A stretch of DNA of 64,000 nucleotides. It comes from Minisyncoccota bacterium. Lineage in GTDB: Bacteria; Patescibacteriota; Patescibacteriia; Patescibacteriales; UBA12465. Positions 20,034 through 29,054 of this stretch are shown here, piece by piece (positions within the stretch are counted from its first letter, which is position 1; every line of letters begins with the position of its first letter). The notes below the pieces were generated by a model. The model saw only the letters and a list, made by a program, of their open reading frames with translations. It ran no database searches and had not been told where the DNA came from. The position numbers and the translations under genes are program-made. The DNA is taken from the NCBI GenBank assembly GCA_021734405.1, contig JAIPJA010000001.1, positions 1,586-65,585 on the forward strand, written 5' to 3'.

Positions 20034-20579
20034 TTATATAACTAAGCTTCCGATTCTAATCATCATTGCTTGTTGACTAACATTATATTTTTTAGCCAAT
20101 TCAGCTATTGTTTTTAAATCATCATCATTATTCTTTATCTTATATTTACCTGATAAATCATTAATCATTTCATTTCTTGGCATCAATAATTCAGCTGCAA
20201 ATTGATTTGCCTGAATTTCTTTTATATTATTTGTATTTGATGTTGCGTTTGCATCTCTAAAATAAACATCAGATGAATCTACATGCATACTGCTGATGTT
20301 GTGCAACATAAAATGCCCAATTTCATGGGCGATTGTAAACCTTTGCCTATGTTCACAATGATCTTCATTTACAACAATAACAGGTTGGCCATCTTTACCT
20401 TTCATCTTTATAGCACCAGAAATTTCATCTTTTGAGAACTTCATCTTAGCTACTTTTATTCCAAGTGATTTTGCCACATCTTCAATTTTTACCGGGTAAC
20501 TATCAATCTCAAGCTTATTCGATATTTTTTCAGCTTCCTTGACGGCTAATTTAATTTTTTGATTAATAAAATTAGACAT
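20034..20579 (-). CDS. ImmA/IrrE-family Zn metallopeptidase
   Basis: RQRFTIAHEIGH (HExxH); EIQANQFAAELLMP. Confidence 0.92.
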   Translation of the reverse strand: MSNFINQKIKLAVKEAEKISNKLEIDSYPVKIEDVAKSLGIKVAKMKFSKDEISGAIKMKGKDGQPVIVVNEDHCEHRQRFTIAHEIGHFMLHNISSMHVDSSDVYFRDANATSNTNNIKEIQANQFAAELLMPRNEMINDLSGKYKIKNNDDDLKTIAELAKKYNVSQQAMMIRIGSLVI

Positions 20580-20583
20580 ATGT

Positions 20584-20871
20584 TTATATATTATCTAAAT
20601 TCTTAGTATCATCTTTATTTAATAATTTAACATTATTACTAGTATCAATTCCTTTCATTACTTCTGTAATTTTCAAATCTAAAGCCTCTGCAACCAAATA
20701 AAGCTGAAAAGCTGAGATTTGTTGTTTTCCATTTTCTATTGCAGACAATGTGCTTTTATTAATATTTAAACCAGATTCTTTGCTAAATTCATCCAAAGAA
20801 TACCCCTTTTTGGTTCTTTCATCTTTGATTTTTTTCCCTAAATTTAAATAAAAACTTGCTTTATCAAGCAT
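20584..20871 (-). CDS. XRE-family HTH regulator
   Basis: LGKKIKDER...SLDEFS...NKSTLSAIENGKQ. Confidence 0.9.
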   Translation of the reverse strand: MLDKASFYLNLGKKIKDERTKKGYSLDEFSKESGLNINKSTLSAIENGKQQISAFQLYLVAEALDLKITEVMKGIDTSNNVKLLNKDDTKNLDNI

Positions 20872-20903
20872 ATATTTTTTTTATCGTAATAATATCTATT
20901 ATT

Positions 20904-20974
20904 AGTATAGTTCAATCAAATATGTTTGTCAATAACAAACAGTGTTGACCTACACAAAACTCTTATGGTAAAAT
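20904..20974. promoter_or_regulatory. Back-to-back promoters with a central palindromic operator
   Basis: Leftward TTGACA(20932-27)-17-TATACT(20909-04); rightward TTGACC(20945)-18-TAAAAT(20969) with extended TG; palindrome TGTTTGT-CAATA-ACAAACA at 20923-20941. Confidence 0.75.
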
Positions 20975-21094
20975 AGAATGTGAGCGGTAACTCACATCTA
21001 TTTACAGACACGACTTTGACAAGTCAAAGGTCGAGTGCCTTATCAACATATCTAGATTATACCGCTTTTTAAGAAAAATAACAATCGGAAGATT

Positions 21095-21229
21095 ATGTCC
21101 TGCAAAAAACAGCCAAGGCGAACAGCCTACAGGGATTCCGGCACTGGTCAATTCATAACAAAGCGTAAAGCTGAAAGAATGCCCCAGAGAGAAGTTGAAA
21201 AAGAGCGGATTAGAGTTGGAAAAAGATAA
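21095..21229 (+). CDS. Unannotated 44-aa basic peptide MSCKKQPRRTAYRDSGTGQFITKRKAERMPQREVEKERIRVGKR
   Basis: ORF with its own promoter and terminator; RDSxTGxF motif. Confidence 0.7.
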   Translation: MSCKKQPRRTAYRDSGTGQFITKRKAERMPQREVEKERIRVGKR

Positions 21230-21246
21230 AGTCGTGCCTAATCGAC

Positions 21247-21278
21247 AAAAAAACCTCACATTAATGTGAGGTTTTTTT
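21247..21278. terminator. Bidirectional intrinsic terminator
   Basis: Perfect palindrome AAAAAAACCTCACATTAATGTGAGGTTTTTTT between convergent genes. Confidence 0.85.
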
Positions 21279-21295
21279 ATATTATTGGCTATGGC

Positions 21296-21622
21296 TTACT
21301 CAACCAATAATATTTTTGATAAATATTCCTTTATTTCACTACTTCTCCCTCCCAAGCTCCATTGCTTAATTTGCTCTAGGGGAAATCGACTTTTATAATC
21401 ATAAATCGTAAAAACCAAATTCTTGTCATTATTTATTACAAAAGCCCATTCAACTCTTACCTTTTTATCACCTGACTCCCAGTCTCCCGACACAGTACAA
21501 TCATGAGGATCTCCCAACTTTTCTTTTAACTCCTCAAAACTTGAATGAATTGTACCAATCCTACTTGTGCCATTAACCTGCTTGGGGGTTGCGTGTTTAA
21601 TTTTAAAATCTGTTTTTATCAT
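21296..21622 (-). CDS. Hypothetical phage protein
   Basis: DKKVRVEW...FTIYDYK...WSLGG, a phage-type small protein. Confidence 0.7.
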   Translation of the reverse strand: MIKTDFKIKHATPKQVNGTSRIGTIHSSFEELKEKLGDPHDCTVSGDWESGDKKVRVEWAFVINNDKNLVFTIYDYKSRFPLEQIKQWSLGGRSSEIKEYLSKILLVE

Positions 21623-21810
21623 AATCTCTTTAACTCGTCATCTAAATCATCAATGACAATTTTTATTATTTCTTTTCTTGTTCTATTTTTATTCTTGTAA
21701 TACAAACCATGATAAAGCTCAACATGAACATCTATATTCTCGCCAACAATTTCAAGCAAGCTAGAGCCATTCTTAATATCATCCTTCAAATTTCTCTTTG
21801 AGTTCACCAT
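21619..21810 (-). CDS. Hypothetical phage protein
   Basis: 63-aa ORF overlapping both neighbours. Confidence 0.5.
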   Translation of the reverse strand: MVNSKRNLKDDIKNGSSLLEIVGENIDVHVELYHGLYYKNKNRTRKEIIKIVIDDLDDELKRL

Positions 21811-21961
21811 AATTTTTCATAATTACATGGATAGTCATGCGACCCAATTTTGACAATTGCGAAACCTTACGAGTGTCAAACATATTTGTAACACCCGATG
21901 CCCTGACTCTCTCATAAGCATTAAATTGTTCTTGGGTTATCTGATCCATAACATTAAACAT
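21779..21961 (-). CDS. Hypothetical phage protein (DUF5049-like)
   Basis: VRASGVTNMFD motif. Confidence 0.6.
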   Translation of the reverse strand: MFNVMDQITQEQFNAYERVRASGVTNMFDTRKVSQLSKLGRMTIHVIMKNYGELKEKFEG

Positions 21962-22037
21962 AATTTTATTATTGAGGATAGTAACGTAACATCAAACTAT
22001 TGGCAAGTCCCCAATTTGCCCCAGTTTTGCACGCTTT

Positions 22038-22565
22038 CTAAAGCCTTTTTATTAATTCAATTGCTTTGTTTAAAATATTAATCAATTCTTCTTTTATGTT
22101 TTCGTCATCATTTTGAGCCTCTGTCTGGCCATTTACCAAGCTCCGTATAAAAACAATATCCAAATTACTGCCTGGGCAACTTTTTGAAGCATAATCCCGA
22201 TGAAAAATAATATTATCTTTTTTTATTTTGTATTTATCAACCAATTTTCTTAATAAATCCCGTAAAGCGAAAATTTGTGCTGGCTGTGGCTTTTCATTAT
22301 CAAAATGACCATCCAAGCAAACATGAATACATCTGCCGTCATTCATATTTTGCTGATAGCAAGCCGCCGTTGTCTCGCCATCAGCTCTCGCCTGCCTGAC
22401 CTTGCCATTTTTAGCAATCTCATAATTGTATCCCAAATAAAAACCAAGACTGCTTTTAAAATCCCATTGAGCCTTGTGATAATTATTATTTGCCTCAAAT
22501 TGATCGGAATTTCTATCATAAGATACAGCACTATGATGAATCATTATATATTCTGGTTTTTTCAT
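22038..22565 (-). CDS. Endolysin, N-acetylmuramoyl-L-alanine amidase (Amidase_2)
   Basis: IMIHHS; GYNY; IFHRD...KSCPG Zn ligands. Confidence 0.88.
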   Translation of the reverse strand: MKKPEYIMIHHSAVSYDRNSDQFEANNNYHKAQWDFKSSLGFYLGYNYEIAKNGKVRQARADGETTAACYQQNMNDGRCIHVCLDGHFDNEKPQPAQIFALRDLLRKLVDKYKIKKDNIIFHRDYASKSCPGSNLDIVFIRSLVNGQTEAQNDDENIKEELINILNKAIELIKRL

Positions 22566-22566
22566 A

Positions 22567-22794
22567 TTAATTTTTGAAAAACATGTAAATTAAATTCAAA
22601 ACATTGCCAATTCCCAAAAGACCTATAAACCATTTTAAGTTTTTTATAGTTGTTGAAACCTCAATGCGAAACTGTGTGTTTTTCTTTACATTTCCATTGG
22701 TCAAATCAAGCCTTTTAATAATTCCGCCATGCTCGGTTGTGTTGTCGTTTTTTAGATCCTTGATTTTATCAAGTATCAAATCCAGCTTATCCAT
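22567..22794 (-). CDS. XhlA-like lysis accessory protein (coiled coil + C-terminal TM)
   Basis: ATG at 22794 (MDKLDLILDKIKDL); C-terminal hydrophobic helix; directly upstream of the amidase. Confidence 0.55.
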   Translation of the reverse strand: MDKLDLILDKIKDLKNDNTTEHGGIIKRLDLTNGNVKKNTQFRIEVSTTIKNLKWFIGLLGIGNVLNLIYMFFKN

Positions 22795-22795
22795 A

Positions 22796-22954
22796 TTAAT
22801 CGATATACTTTTTATAAAATCCCCTACCAATAAAGACAGCTACCCCGATTAAAAGTAAAATCGTGCCTTGCCAAATATTGCTTTGAATAACTGCCACGCC
22901 AGTGCTTACAAAAATTGTAGCCACTGACAATAATAATTCTTTTGTGTAATCCAT
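22796..22954 (-). CDS. Putative holin, 52 aa, 2 TM (missing from the ORF track)
   Basis: MDYTKELLLSVATIFVSTGVAVIQSNIWQGTILLLIGVAVFIGRGFYKKYID; two TMs and basic tail; fills the gap before the lysis genes. Confidence 0.65.
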   Translation of the reverse strand: MDYTKELLLSVATIFVSTGVAVIQSNIWQGTILLLIGVAVFIGRGFYKKYID

Positions 22955-22964
22955 ATATTTATTG

Positions 22965-24701
22965 TTAAAAATAATTCCAATTTATCTCTTTTAATTTAAT
23001 CTCATTTGTATTATTTGATCTGCCCTTTAATTTTACGCAACCGATAAGCCTAACTCCTGCATCTTGATTATTCATAGCTTTTACAGTCTTGCTATAAGAT
23101 AAATACCAAATATTATCACCCAAATCTTCGACTGACTGCAACATCATGTCTTGTAAATTCTCGTCATCATCTACAGGCTCTAGACTTATTAATCCATATG
23201 CATCAATTCTTAATAATTGAGCTCCAGTATAATAAGTATTTTTCAAATCTTCAGTCATGGTCAATTTATTGGTAGATATGCTCTGAATTTCTACAATTTC
23301 CATTTTTTCATCTTCCAATAATATTGCTTTATCTCCAACTTCAAAATCACTAGCATCAATTAAATCAACATCTGCTTGCCCTAAATTTGCAATAGCCGAT
23401 AAATTTATTTTTATTGTCACTTCTTGCTTAAAATAACCATTAACAGTAATCGTCTCATTTAAAGCTTTAATTTCTTTCGTAAAATACCAACCATACTTTG
23501 CATATCCTCCCAGATTTGTAATAAAACCACTTACAAGGGTTGGACTTGTGGATCCATCAATTTTGCCTGCCTCAATTCTAATTCGCCCCTTTCCACCATT
23601 TCCTCCATATCCCCAAATATCTCCGCTGGTATTTTTCCCACCGCTTCTTATTCCGCCGTTTGAATGAACTAGGTTAGTTCCCAGTGTCGCTTTATTTAAA
23701 ACCTGAAGATAGATAGTTCCTCCAGCACCACCTCCACCACCTCCTGTGTAATAATTATACGGAGTACCAGCCTCTGTCGCATCTCCTCCATCACAATCAA
23801 TCTCACCATTTACAATCAAGTTTTTGCAATGAATTCTTATAATACCTCCTCCATATCCACCCCTTGAATGTCCTGAACTCTCTGCTCCAGCACCGCCTCC
23901 ACCGCCTGAACCTTTTAAATAGCTTTCTGAAAAATTTGATAATTCACTATCATTATAAGCAAGTCCACCCTGCGGTGTGTTATTCGGTGATGATCCATAA
24001 GTGTAGCCATTTCCACCATTCGTTCCATATCCACCACCTGCTCCACAACTTCTTGATATTGAAGATCCTGATGCATATCCACCGCCTCCACCTCCACCGT
24101 TTCTCTCCCATTGTTGAGTAGATCCTCCCAACTCACTTGCTCCGCAATTTCCATAATATCTTGCTCCGTAACCGCCAGCATGCCCCTTAGCTTTTGCACT
24201 TATTTTTCCACCTGCCTCAATCTCAAAAGTACCTTGGCACTTTATGGGAAAATTTCCATTAACAGTAATGGTGTGTCCGTCTTTTATAAGAACACTTGTA
24301 AAGTTTTTCTCACTTGACCACGTTTCGTTGCCTGTACTTTCAAAGGCTCCGTCACCCCCATCACCAAGATCGGGTGACTGCAATCTTAAATATTGATTAT
24401 TCACCGTATCTAAAACACCTAAAAATTTTCCAATATACGAACCTTCAGGGTACGAATTAGATAAGTTTTCTGTCATTGTCAAAATATTTCCATTAATACT
24501 TTCTATAACTGCATTTTCAAACATCTCATAGCCATCATAAATAATAACCATCTCTCCTACGCTGAATTTTGAGCCATCACCTACAACCACATCTTTCTGC
24601 CCTGAATTAGCAACACTATCAATAAAATCTTTTGTTTCATTGATTTGATCATTTGACGTGAAATCATCTTGTAATATTCCTGTTAATTTTAATATCGGCA
24701 T
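22965..24701 (-). CDS. Glycine-rich tail fibre / receptor-binding protein
   Basis: GxGGGGG repeats; last gene of the tail module. Confidence 0.75.
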   Translation of the reverse strand: MPILKLTGILQDDFTSNDQINETKDFIDSVANSGQKDVVVGDGSKFSVGEMVIIYDGYEMFENAVIESINGNILTMTENLSNSYPEGSYIGKFLGVLDTVNNQYLRLQSPDLGDGGDGAFESTGNETWSSEKNFTSVLIKDGHTITVNGNFPIKCQGTFEIEAGGKISAKAKGHAGGYGARYYGNCGASELGGSTQQWERNGGGGGGGYASGSSISRSCGAGGGYGTNGGNGYTYGSSPNNTPQGGLAYNDSELSNFSESYLKGSGGGGGAGAESSGHSRGGYGGGIIRIHCKNLIVNGEIDCDGGDATEAGTPYNYYTGGGGGGAGGTIYLQVLNKATLGTNLVHSNGGIRSGGKNTSGDIWGYGGNGGKGRIRIEAGKIDGSTSPTLVSGFITNLGGYAKYGWYFTKEIKALNETITVNGYFKQEVTIKINLSAIANLGQADVDLIDASDFEVGDKAILLEDEKMEIVEIQSISTNKLTMTEDLKNTYYTGAQLLRIDAYGLISLEPVDDDENLQDMMLQSVEDLGDNIWYLSYSKTVKAMNNQDAGVRLIGCVKLKGRSNNTNEIKLKEINWNYF

Positions 24702-24705
24702 AAAT

Positions 24706-25158
24706 TTATCTGTAATAATAAGCTGTTACGCTAAAATTTCTATAAGTGCTATTCCAGCTTGATCCGCAAGTTTGAGTGCATGTTAATACATCACCTGATA
24801 TAGAACTTGCAACTTGACTCCAATAACTCTCACTATCAACACCAGGTTGCTGTTTTAATGTTTGACTCGTAATGCCTTCTCTTGCTAAAACAATTTGACC
24901 GCTCCAATTCCAGCCACTAACTGAATGGGATATTCTTAAAACAATAAAATTACAATCTGGCGGAATTGTTCCTGTGTCAGTGCATGGTGTTGAAGAATTT
25001 GACTGACTATTACTTATACCCTCTGAACTGATAAACTCCCAATGAGCCGATCTGTTCAAAGAAATAATGTTTTGAGCCAAAGCCCTCAAAGCCTTCATTA
25101 TATTATTTATCTCAAAAGCAAATAGCTTATTTTGTCCCTGTTTTTTGTCTAAACTCAT
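24706..25158 (-). CDS. Tail-associated hypothetical protein
   Basis: Position in the tail module; beta-rich C-terminus. Confidence 0.55.
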   Translation of the reverse strand: MSLDKKQGQNKLFAFEINNIMKALRALAQNIISLNRSAHWEFISSEGISNSQSNSSTPCTDTGTIPPDCNFIVLRISHSVSGWNWSGQIVLAREGITSQTLKQQPGVDSESYWSQVASSISGDVLTCTQTCGSSWNSTYRNFSVTAYYYR

Positions 25159-25345
25159 AACTTCTATATTTTGATATATTCGTTTTATTATTCTTTAAAA
25201 ATAATGCTGGTTTATTTTTCTGATCAAAAACTTCTTTTTTACCGCTAAACTCCGCTTCCTTTATTTTATGTTGCAAGCCAAGCCTGCTAACAATATCATA
25301 TGCTTCCAGTTTATTTTTAACTTCAATTTTTATATTTAAAATCAT
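25127..25345 (-). CDS. Hypothetical phage protein
   Basis: 72-aa ORF coupled to its neighbours. Confidence 0.5.
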   Translation of the reverse strand: MILNIKIEVKNKLEAYDIVSRLGLQHKIKEAEFSGKKEVFDQKNKPALFLKNNKTNISKYRSYEFRQKTGTK

Positions 25346-25908
25346 ACGCTTACAAATGTATATTTTTGGCTTATCACTAAAACCGTATTGTTATCCTTAA
25401 CCCAGTTAATGCCAGTAATATGCGACCACAAACTGCCAGTGTCGAGATTTTCGTTTCCGTCAATTACATTTCCAAATTCTGTAAATGTGCCAGCACATTC
25501 TGTCTCTGTAAAAAATGCAGTTAACAAAACAACATTTTCATCATCTGTTCCACTGGCCATATCATTCCTATAAACCTCATTTATCAAAGTCGTATCACCA
25601 TCACTCGCACTGCCACTACCATCACCCAACAAGGCTTTATTGATATAGCCTGTATAAGTAGTGTCCCCGACCAATCTTTTTATAAGAGCATTGAAACCAG
25701 TTCTGCAAATCACATTAAACCGCCTATTTTCTTGCACTAAATCTCCCAAAATATAATACTTCATAATACTAGGAAATAACGGCCGTAAATTACGCAAAAT
25801 CTTATTAAAAGCTATTTCTCGCTTATTCAGTCTTGATTGATCATAAAACTTAGCCGTAATATCTCCGACTGCATGGGCATTTTCTTTTGTGTGTTTTTTT
25901 ATAATCAT
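25342..25908 (-). CDS. Baseplate / tail-fibre-anchor-like protein
   Basis: GDGSGSASDGDTTLINEVYR...FTEFG pattern of fibre N-terminal domains. Confidence 0.6.
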   Translation of the reverse strand: MIIKKHTKENAHAVGDITAKFYDQSRLNKREIAFNKILRNLRPLFPSIMKYYILGDLVQENRRFNVICRTGFNALIKRLVGDTTYTGYINKALLGDGSGSASDGDTTLINEVYRNDMASGTDDENVVLLTAFFTETECAGTFTEFGNVIDGNENLDTGSLWSHITGINWVKDNNTVLVISQKYTFVSV

Positions 25909-25912
25909 ATTA

Positions 25913-27412
25913 TTAACTTAACTCGCTTGTATCTAAACAAAATTCTCTCTCCGGGTCTGCATGTCCTACTGGAATATATGGTGCCAAAACAAATGTCGGT
26001 CTAACTCCTGCTCCAAACGGATCTTTTTCAATTGACTCTGCCACCTCAATTGTTTTGTAATCCTCCATTTCCTCAACCACACCGATCTCCTCATCGACCT
26101 GAACATCTTGATAATCAAGATAATATTTTTTTAAAACTGCGTTTTCATTCAATGTCACTTTTTTATTTTCTCCGACAAGTAAACTCTGCAAAAAGCTGAT
26201 CATGCCTAAAGTCTTGAGTGTGGCTAGTTCAACCGTCCATTCTCCCTCGGTTGCAGTAAACATTTTTAAACTAACTCTCATTATCAAAAAGTTTTCATTT
26301 ATGCTCCTTGTTGATAAATTAATACTTATTGTCTGTCCTGAACTTAATCCACTTAAATACGTCCTAAACCCTCCCTCTCTTATCGTATTTGCATAAGCTG
26401 ACAATTGAGCCTCTCCGTATTGTTTAGCTTCATTTGTCGTTTTAATGCTTTTATCAATTTTCTTGAACTCAAATCTCCCATACCTTGAAATACTGGCATT
26501 ATCTTCCACCTGAGCCATAATCGGAATAAGATAATATCCGCTAATCTCAATTAAATCTCCGCTTACTGGTGGAACTACAAACCTGACATATTTCTCGTTA
26601 TAACTCCAAAGACAATCATAATCATCATCACTATTTAAAAACTCCGTTCCAACACTCACTTCAATGCTATTCACTTTCACAGTCGGCTTTTTAGAAAATT
26701 TATAATCAGTGGCAAAACTCTTTTGGTTTCCATCGCCTGTGTGCGGTTTTGTCCGCTCATTATCTGATGTAATCTCTCCGCCCTCAATTATTACTACATT
26801 TCTAAGCTGGCTTAAATCATTCTCTATACTCAAACTATCCCTGATGTAGTTATCACTACTGTCTGCAATATTAAACGGTGCAGGTTCATCATTTTTTGCA
26901 AAAAAATGAATATCACGCTCATAATCGATATACCAGCTATAATTGAATAGTTCGCAAAGCTCTGTTAAACACTTACTGACACTTAAATTATTAAAAGCCA
27001 CTACCGTCACTTCTAAATTGCAATTTACATTGTTATAAGTAATTCCAGTACTAGCTAAATAATTTGTAACCAAAAATTCAATAATTTCATTAACTGTTTT
27101 ATTTTCAAATCTTTCAATGACCAATATTCTGTCTAAATCCAAAGTATAATCCTTGGTTTCAATTTCATAATAAATAACATCGCCTTCCGCATAGTTTCCT
27201 ACTCTAATAATTTTGCCTGCAAATATCTTTTCCGCTCCGTCAAATACCTCTACAATATCGCTAATCTCTGGCTTATAATTTTGCCCCTCAAAAACCTTAA
27301 TTGTAAAATTACACAAATTAGGCTGTTCATTGATATTGTCTTCAATTCCAAAGCTTTCCCAATCAACCAAATTTGTCTTTTCCTCTCCCTCAATTTTTAC
27401 AATAATATTCAT
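25913..27412 (-). CDS. Tail tip / baseplate hub-like protein
   Basis: Follows the tape measure gene; IFAGKI; WYIDYERDIHFF; SISRYG. Confidence 0.7.
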   Translation of the reverse strand: MNIIVKIEGEEKTNLVDWESFGIEDNINEQPNLCNFTIKVFEGQNYKPEISDIVEVFDGAEKIFAGKIIRVGNYAEGDVIYYEIETKDYTLDLDRILVIERFENKTVNEIIEFLVTNYLASTGITYNNVNCNLEVTVVAFNNLSVSKCLTELCELFNYSWYIDYERDIHFFAKNDEPAPFNIADSSDNYIRDSLSIENDLSQLRNVVIIEGGEITSDNERTKPHTGDGNQKSFATDYKFSKKPTVKVNSIEVSVGTEFLNSDDDYDCLWSYNEKYVRFVVPPVSGDLIEISGYYLIPIMAQVEDNASISRYGRFEFKKIDKSIKTTNEAKQYGEAQLSAYANTIREGGFRTYLSGLSSGQTISINLSTRSINENFLIMRVSLKMFTATEGEWTVELATLKTLGMISFLQSLLVGENKKVTLNENAVLKKYYLDYQDVQVDEEIGVVEEMEDYKTIEVAESIEKDPFGAGVRPTFVLAPYIPVGHADPEREFCLDTSELS

Positions 27413-27413
27413 A

Positions 27414-29054
27414 CTAGCCTAACAAATTACTTGTTTTTAATTTTCTAATCATCAAGTCTCCAATTCTTTCCGCTCCCTTTCTATCCATTATGGTATTGCC
27501 TGAAATATTTACATTGATAATCATTCCTCTTGACCCTAGCTTGTTATTTGGGATAATATTGCCATTTGAGCTTGGCACAAATAACTCGGGTCCTTGCTCG
27601 CCGACAATATACGCCTTGCTAGGACTTACAAATCCACCGCCCGCTCTTGCACCGCCAAATCCCAATGCATTGCCAATTGCGTTTTTGGCACCTTGTACTA
27701 CATTCAACTTTTTTATTCTCTCAATTAACTTATCAATCCAGCCAACAACTTTTGAAATTGTACTTGTGGTTGCATCCCAAATTCCTTTGAACTTTTCGAT
27801 TCCTGCATTTGCCACTTCAACAATTTTTGTCAAAGTCTGAATCAACACTATTAAACTAACCTCCAATATTTTCACTACTGCAATTAAAGCTCCCAATAAA
27901 ATAACGCCGATAATTTTGGCAAACAACTCTAAAAATGGTTTTAATGGCTCAAGTGCCTCCCAAAGTTTTTGCAATTCAGGAAGTAAATTCTCTTTAAATA
28001 CAAGTGCAACATTTTCCCATGAAGTTCTAAATATTGTTAAAAGCCCTTTGTATTTATCAACCACCTCAATCCCAGCTTTAACTACGTTTATAAAACTTCT
28101 TGAAATATCAATAACCGATTTAATTACTATTTTTAAAGCCTCAAAGGCTTTTAATAACACCTGCCCGATTATATCGGCTGTCGCTTTCAATTGCGGATTA
28201 ATTTCATTCTCCTCGGTAAACGCCCATGACCTAAAGCTTTTAATTGAGCTATAAACATATTCAATCATCGGTTTCATGGCATTATCAAGCATCTCTCCTA
28301 AAATAAGTTTTAAACTGACTATTCCATCCTTTACTGAATTAGACATTTTATACCAACTCCCCATCGCCTCTGTATAAGATCCTTCCATTCTGGTTGCCTC
28401 TCCAATTATTGCGTTATACATAGCTTGGGTTTTTTGAGCATATGTCATTTCGCTGGTTTTAATCCCCAGCTGTTCTGATGCATCTTTGTAAACTTTGACC
28501 AAATTCATCTCAATGCCATATTCACTTAAAAGCTCCGGGCGAAGTTTAACTACCGCCTGCATCATTGCCTTAATTGCCTCATTTGAATTTTTATTTGAAG
28601 CGGCTGCAACATCACGTCCTCTGGCTACAATCTCCAAGGCTTGAGATTCGCTCATATTTGTCATTATCGCCGTCTTTGTTAATTCAATTGCAGTGAGCAT
28701 GTCCTTGTTCTCATCTCTAATGCTTTTTACCAGTCCGTCAATCTGCTTTTTGCTCCAATTATTATTTTCACCCAACTTATAAATAACTGCTTTTGACTGT
28801 CCTAGTTGACCTGTTAAAGTAATGCTTTCTTTGATCAATCCCGATAAACCGCTTGCTAGCCTGCTAACAGTACCCACTATCGCCCCATATGCTAAATTAC
28901 CAACTGTCACAGCTTTGGCCATGGCACCAAAAGAACTTGATGTATTCTTTACATCATCTGTCATACCGTTCAATGCACTGCTGACCTTTTTCATTTCAGA
29001 ACTTGCATTGTCTACGGCTTTTAAAATAATTTGTAGTTCTTTATTATTTGCCAT
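27414..29054 (-). CDS. Tape measure protein (likely start MANNKELQIILKAVD at 29054)
   Basis: IILKAVDNAS N-terminus; amphipathic repeats; RAGGGFV...YIVGEQGPELFVP C-terminus. Confidence 0.9.
   Translation of the reverse strand: MANNKELQIILKAVDNASSEMKKVSSALNGMTDDVKNTSSSFGAMAKAVTVGNLAYGAIVGTVSRLASGLSGLIKESITLTGQLGQSKAVIYKLGENNNWSKKQIDGLVKSIRDENKDMLTAIELTKTAIMTNMSESQALEIVARGRDVAAASNKNSNEAIKAMMQAVVKLRPELLSEYGIEMNLVKVYKDASEQLGIKTSEMTYAQKTQAMYNAIIGEATRMEGSYTEAMGSWYKMSNSVKDGIVSLKLILGEMLDNAMKPMIEYVYSSIKSFRSWAFTEENEINPQLKATADIIGQVLLKAFEALKIVIKSVIDISRSFINVVKAGIEVVDKYKGLLTIFRTSWENVALVFKENLLPELQKLWEALEPLKPFLELFAKIIGVILLGALIAVVKILEVSLIVLIQTLTKIVEVANAGIEKFKGIWDATTSTISKVVGWIDKLIERIKKLNVVQGAKNAIGNALGFGGARAGGGFVSPSKAYIVGEQGPELFVPSSNGNIIPNNKLGSRGMIINVNISGNTIMDRKGAERIGDLMIRKLKTSNLLG

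Noticed and set aside
20976-20997. lac-operator-like sequence AATGTGAGCGGTAAC
   Set aside because: Differs from lacO1, has no vector context, and is explained as one arm of a local hairpin
21002-21259. 85-aa minus-strand ORF from the track
   Set aside because: Shadow of the plus-strand 44-aa gene, which has a promoter and terminator
22965-25158. Diversity-generating retroelement targeting the tail fibre
   Set aside because: No reverse transcriptase and no TR/VR pair seen
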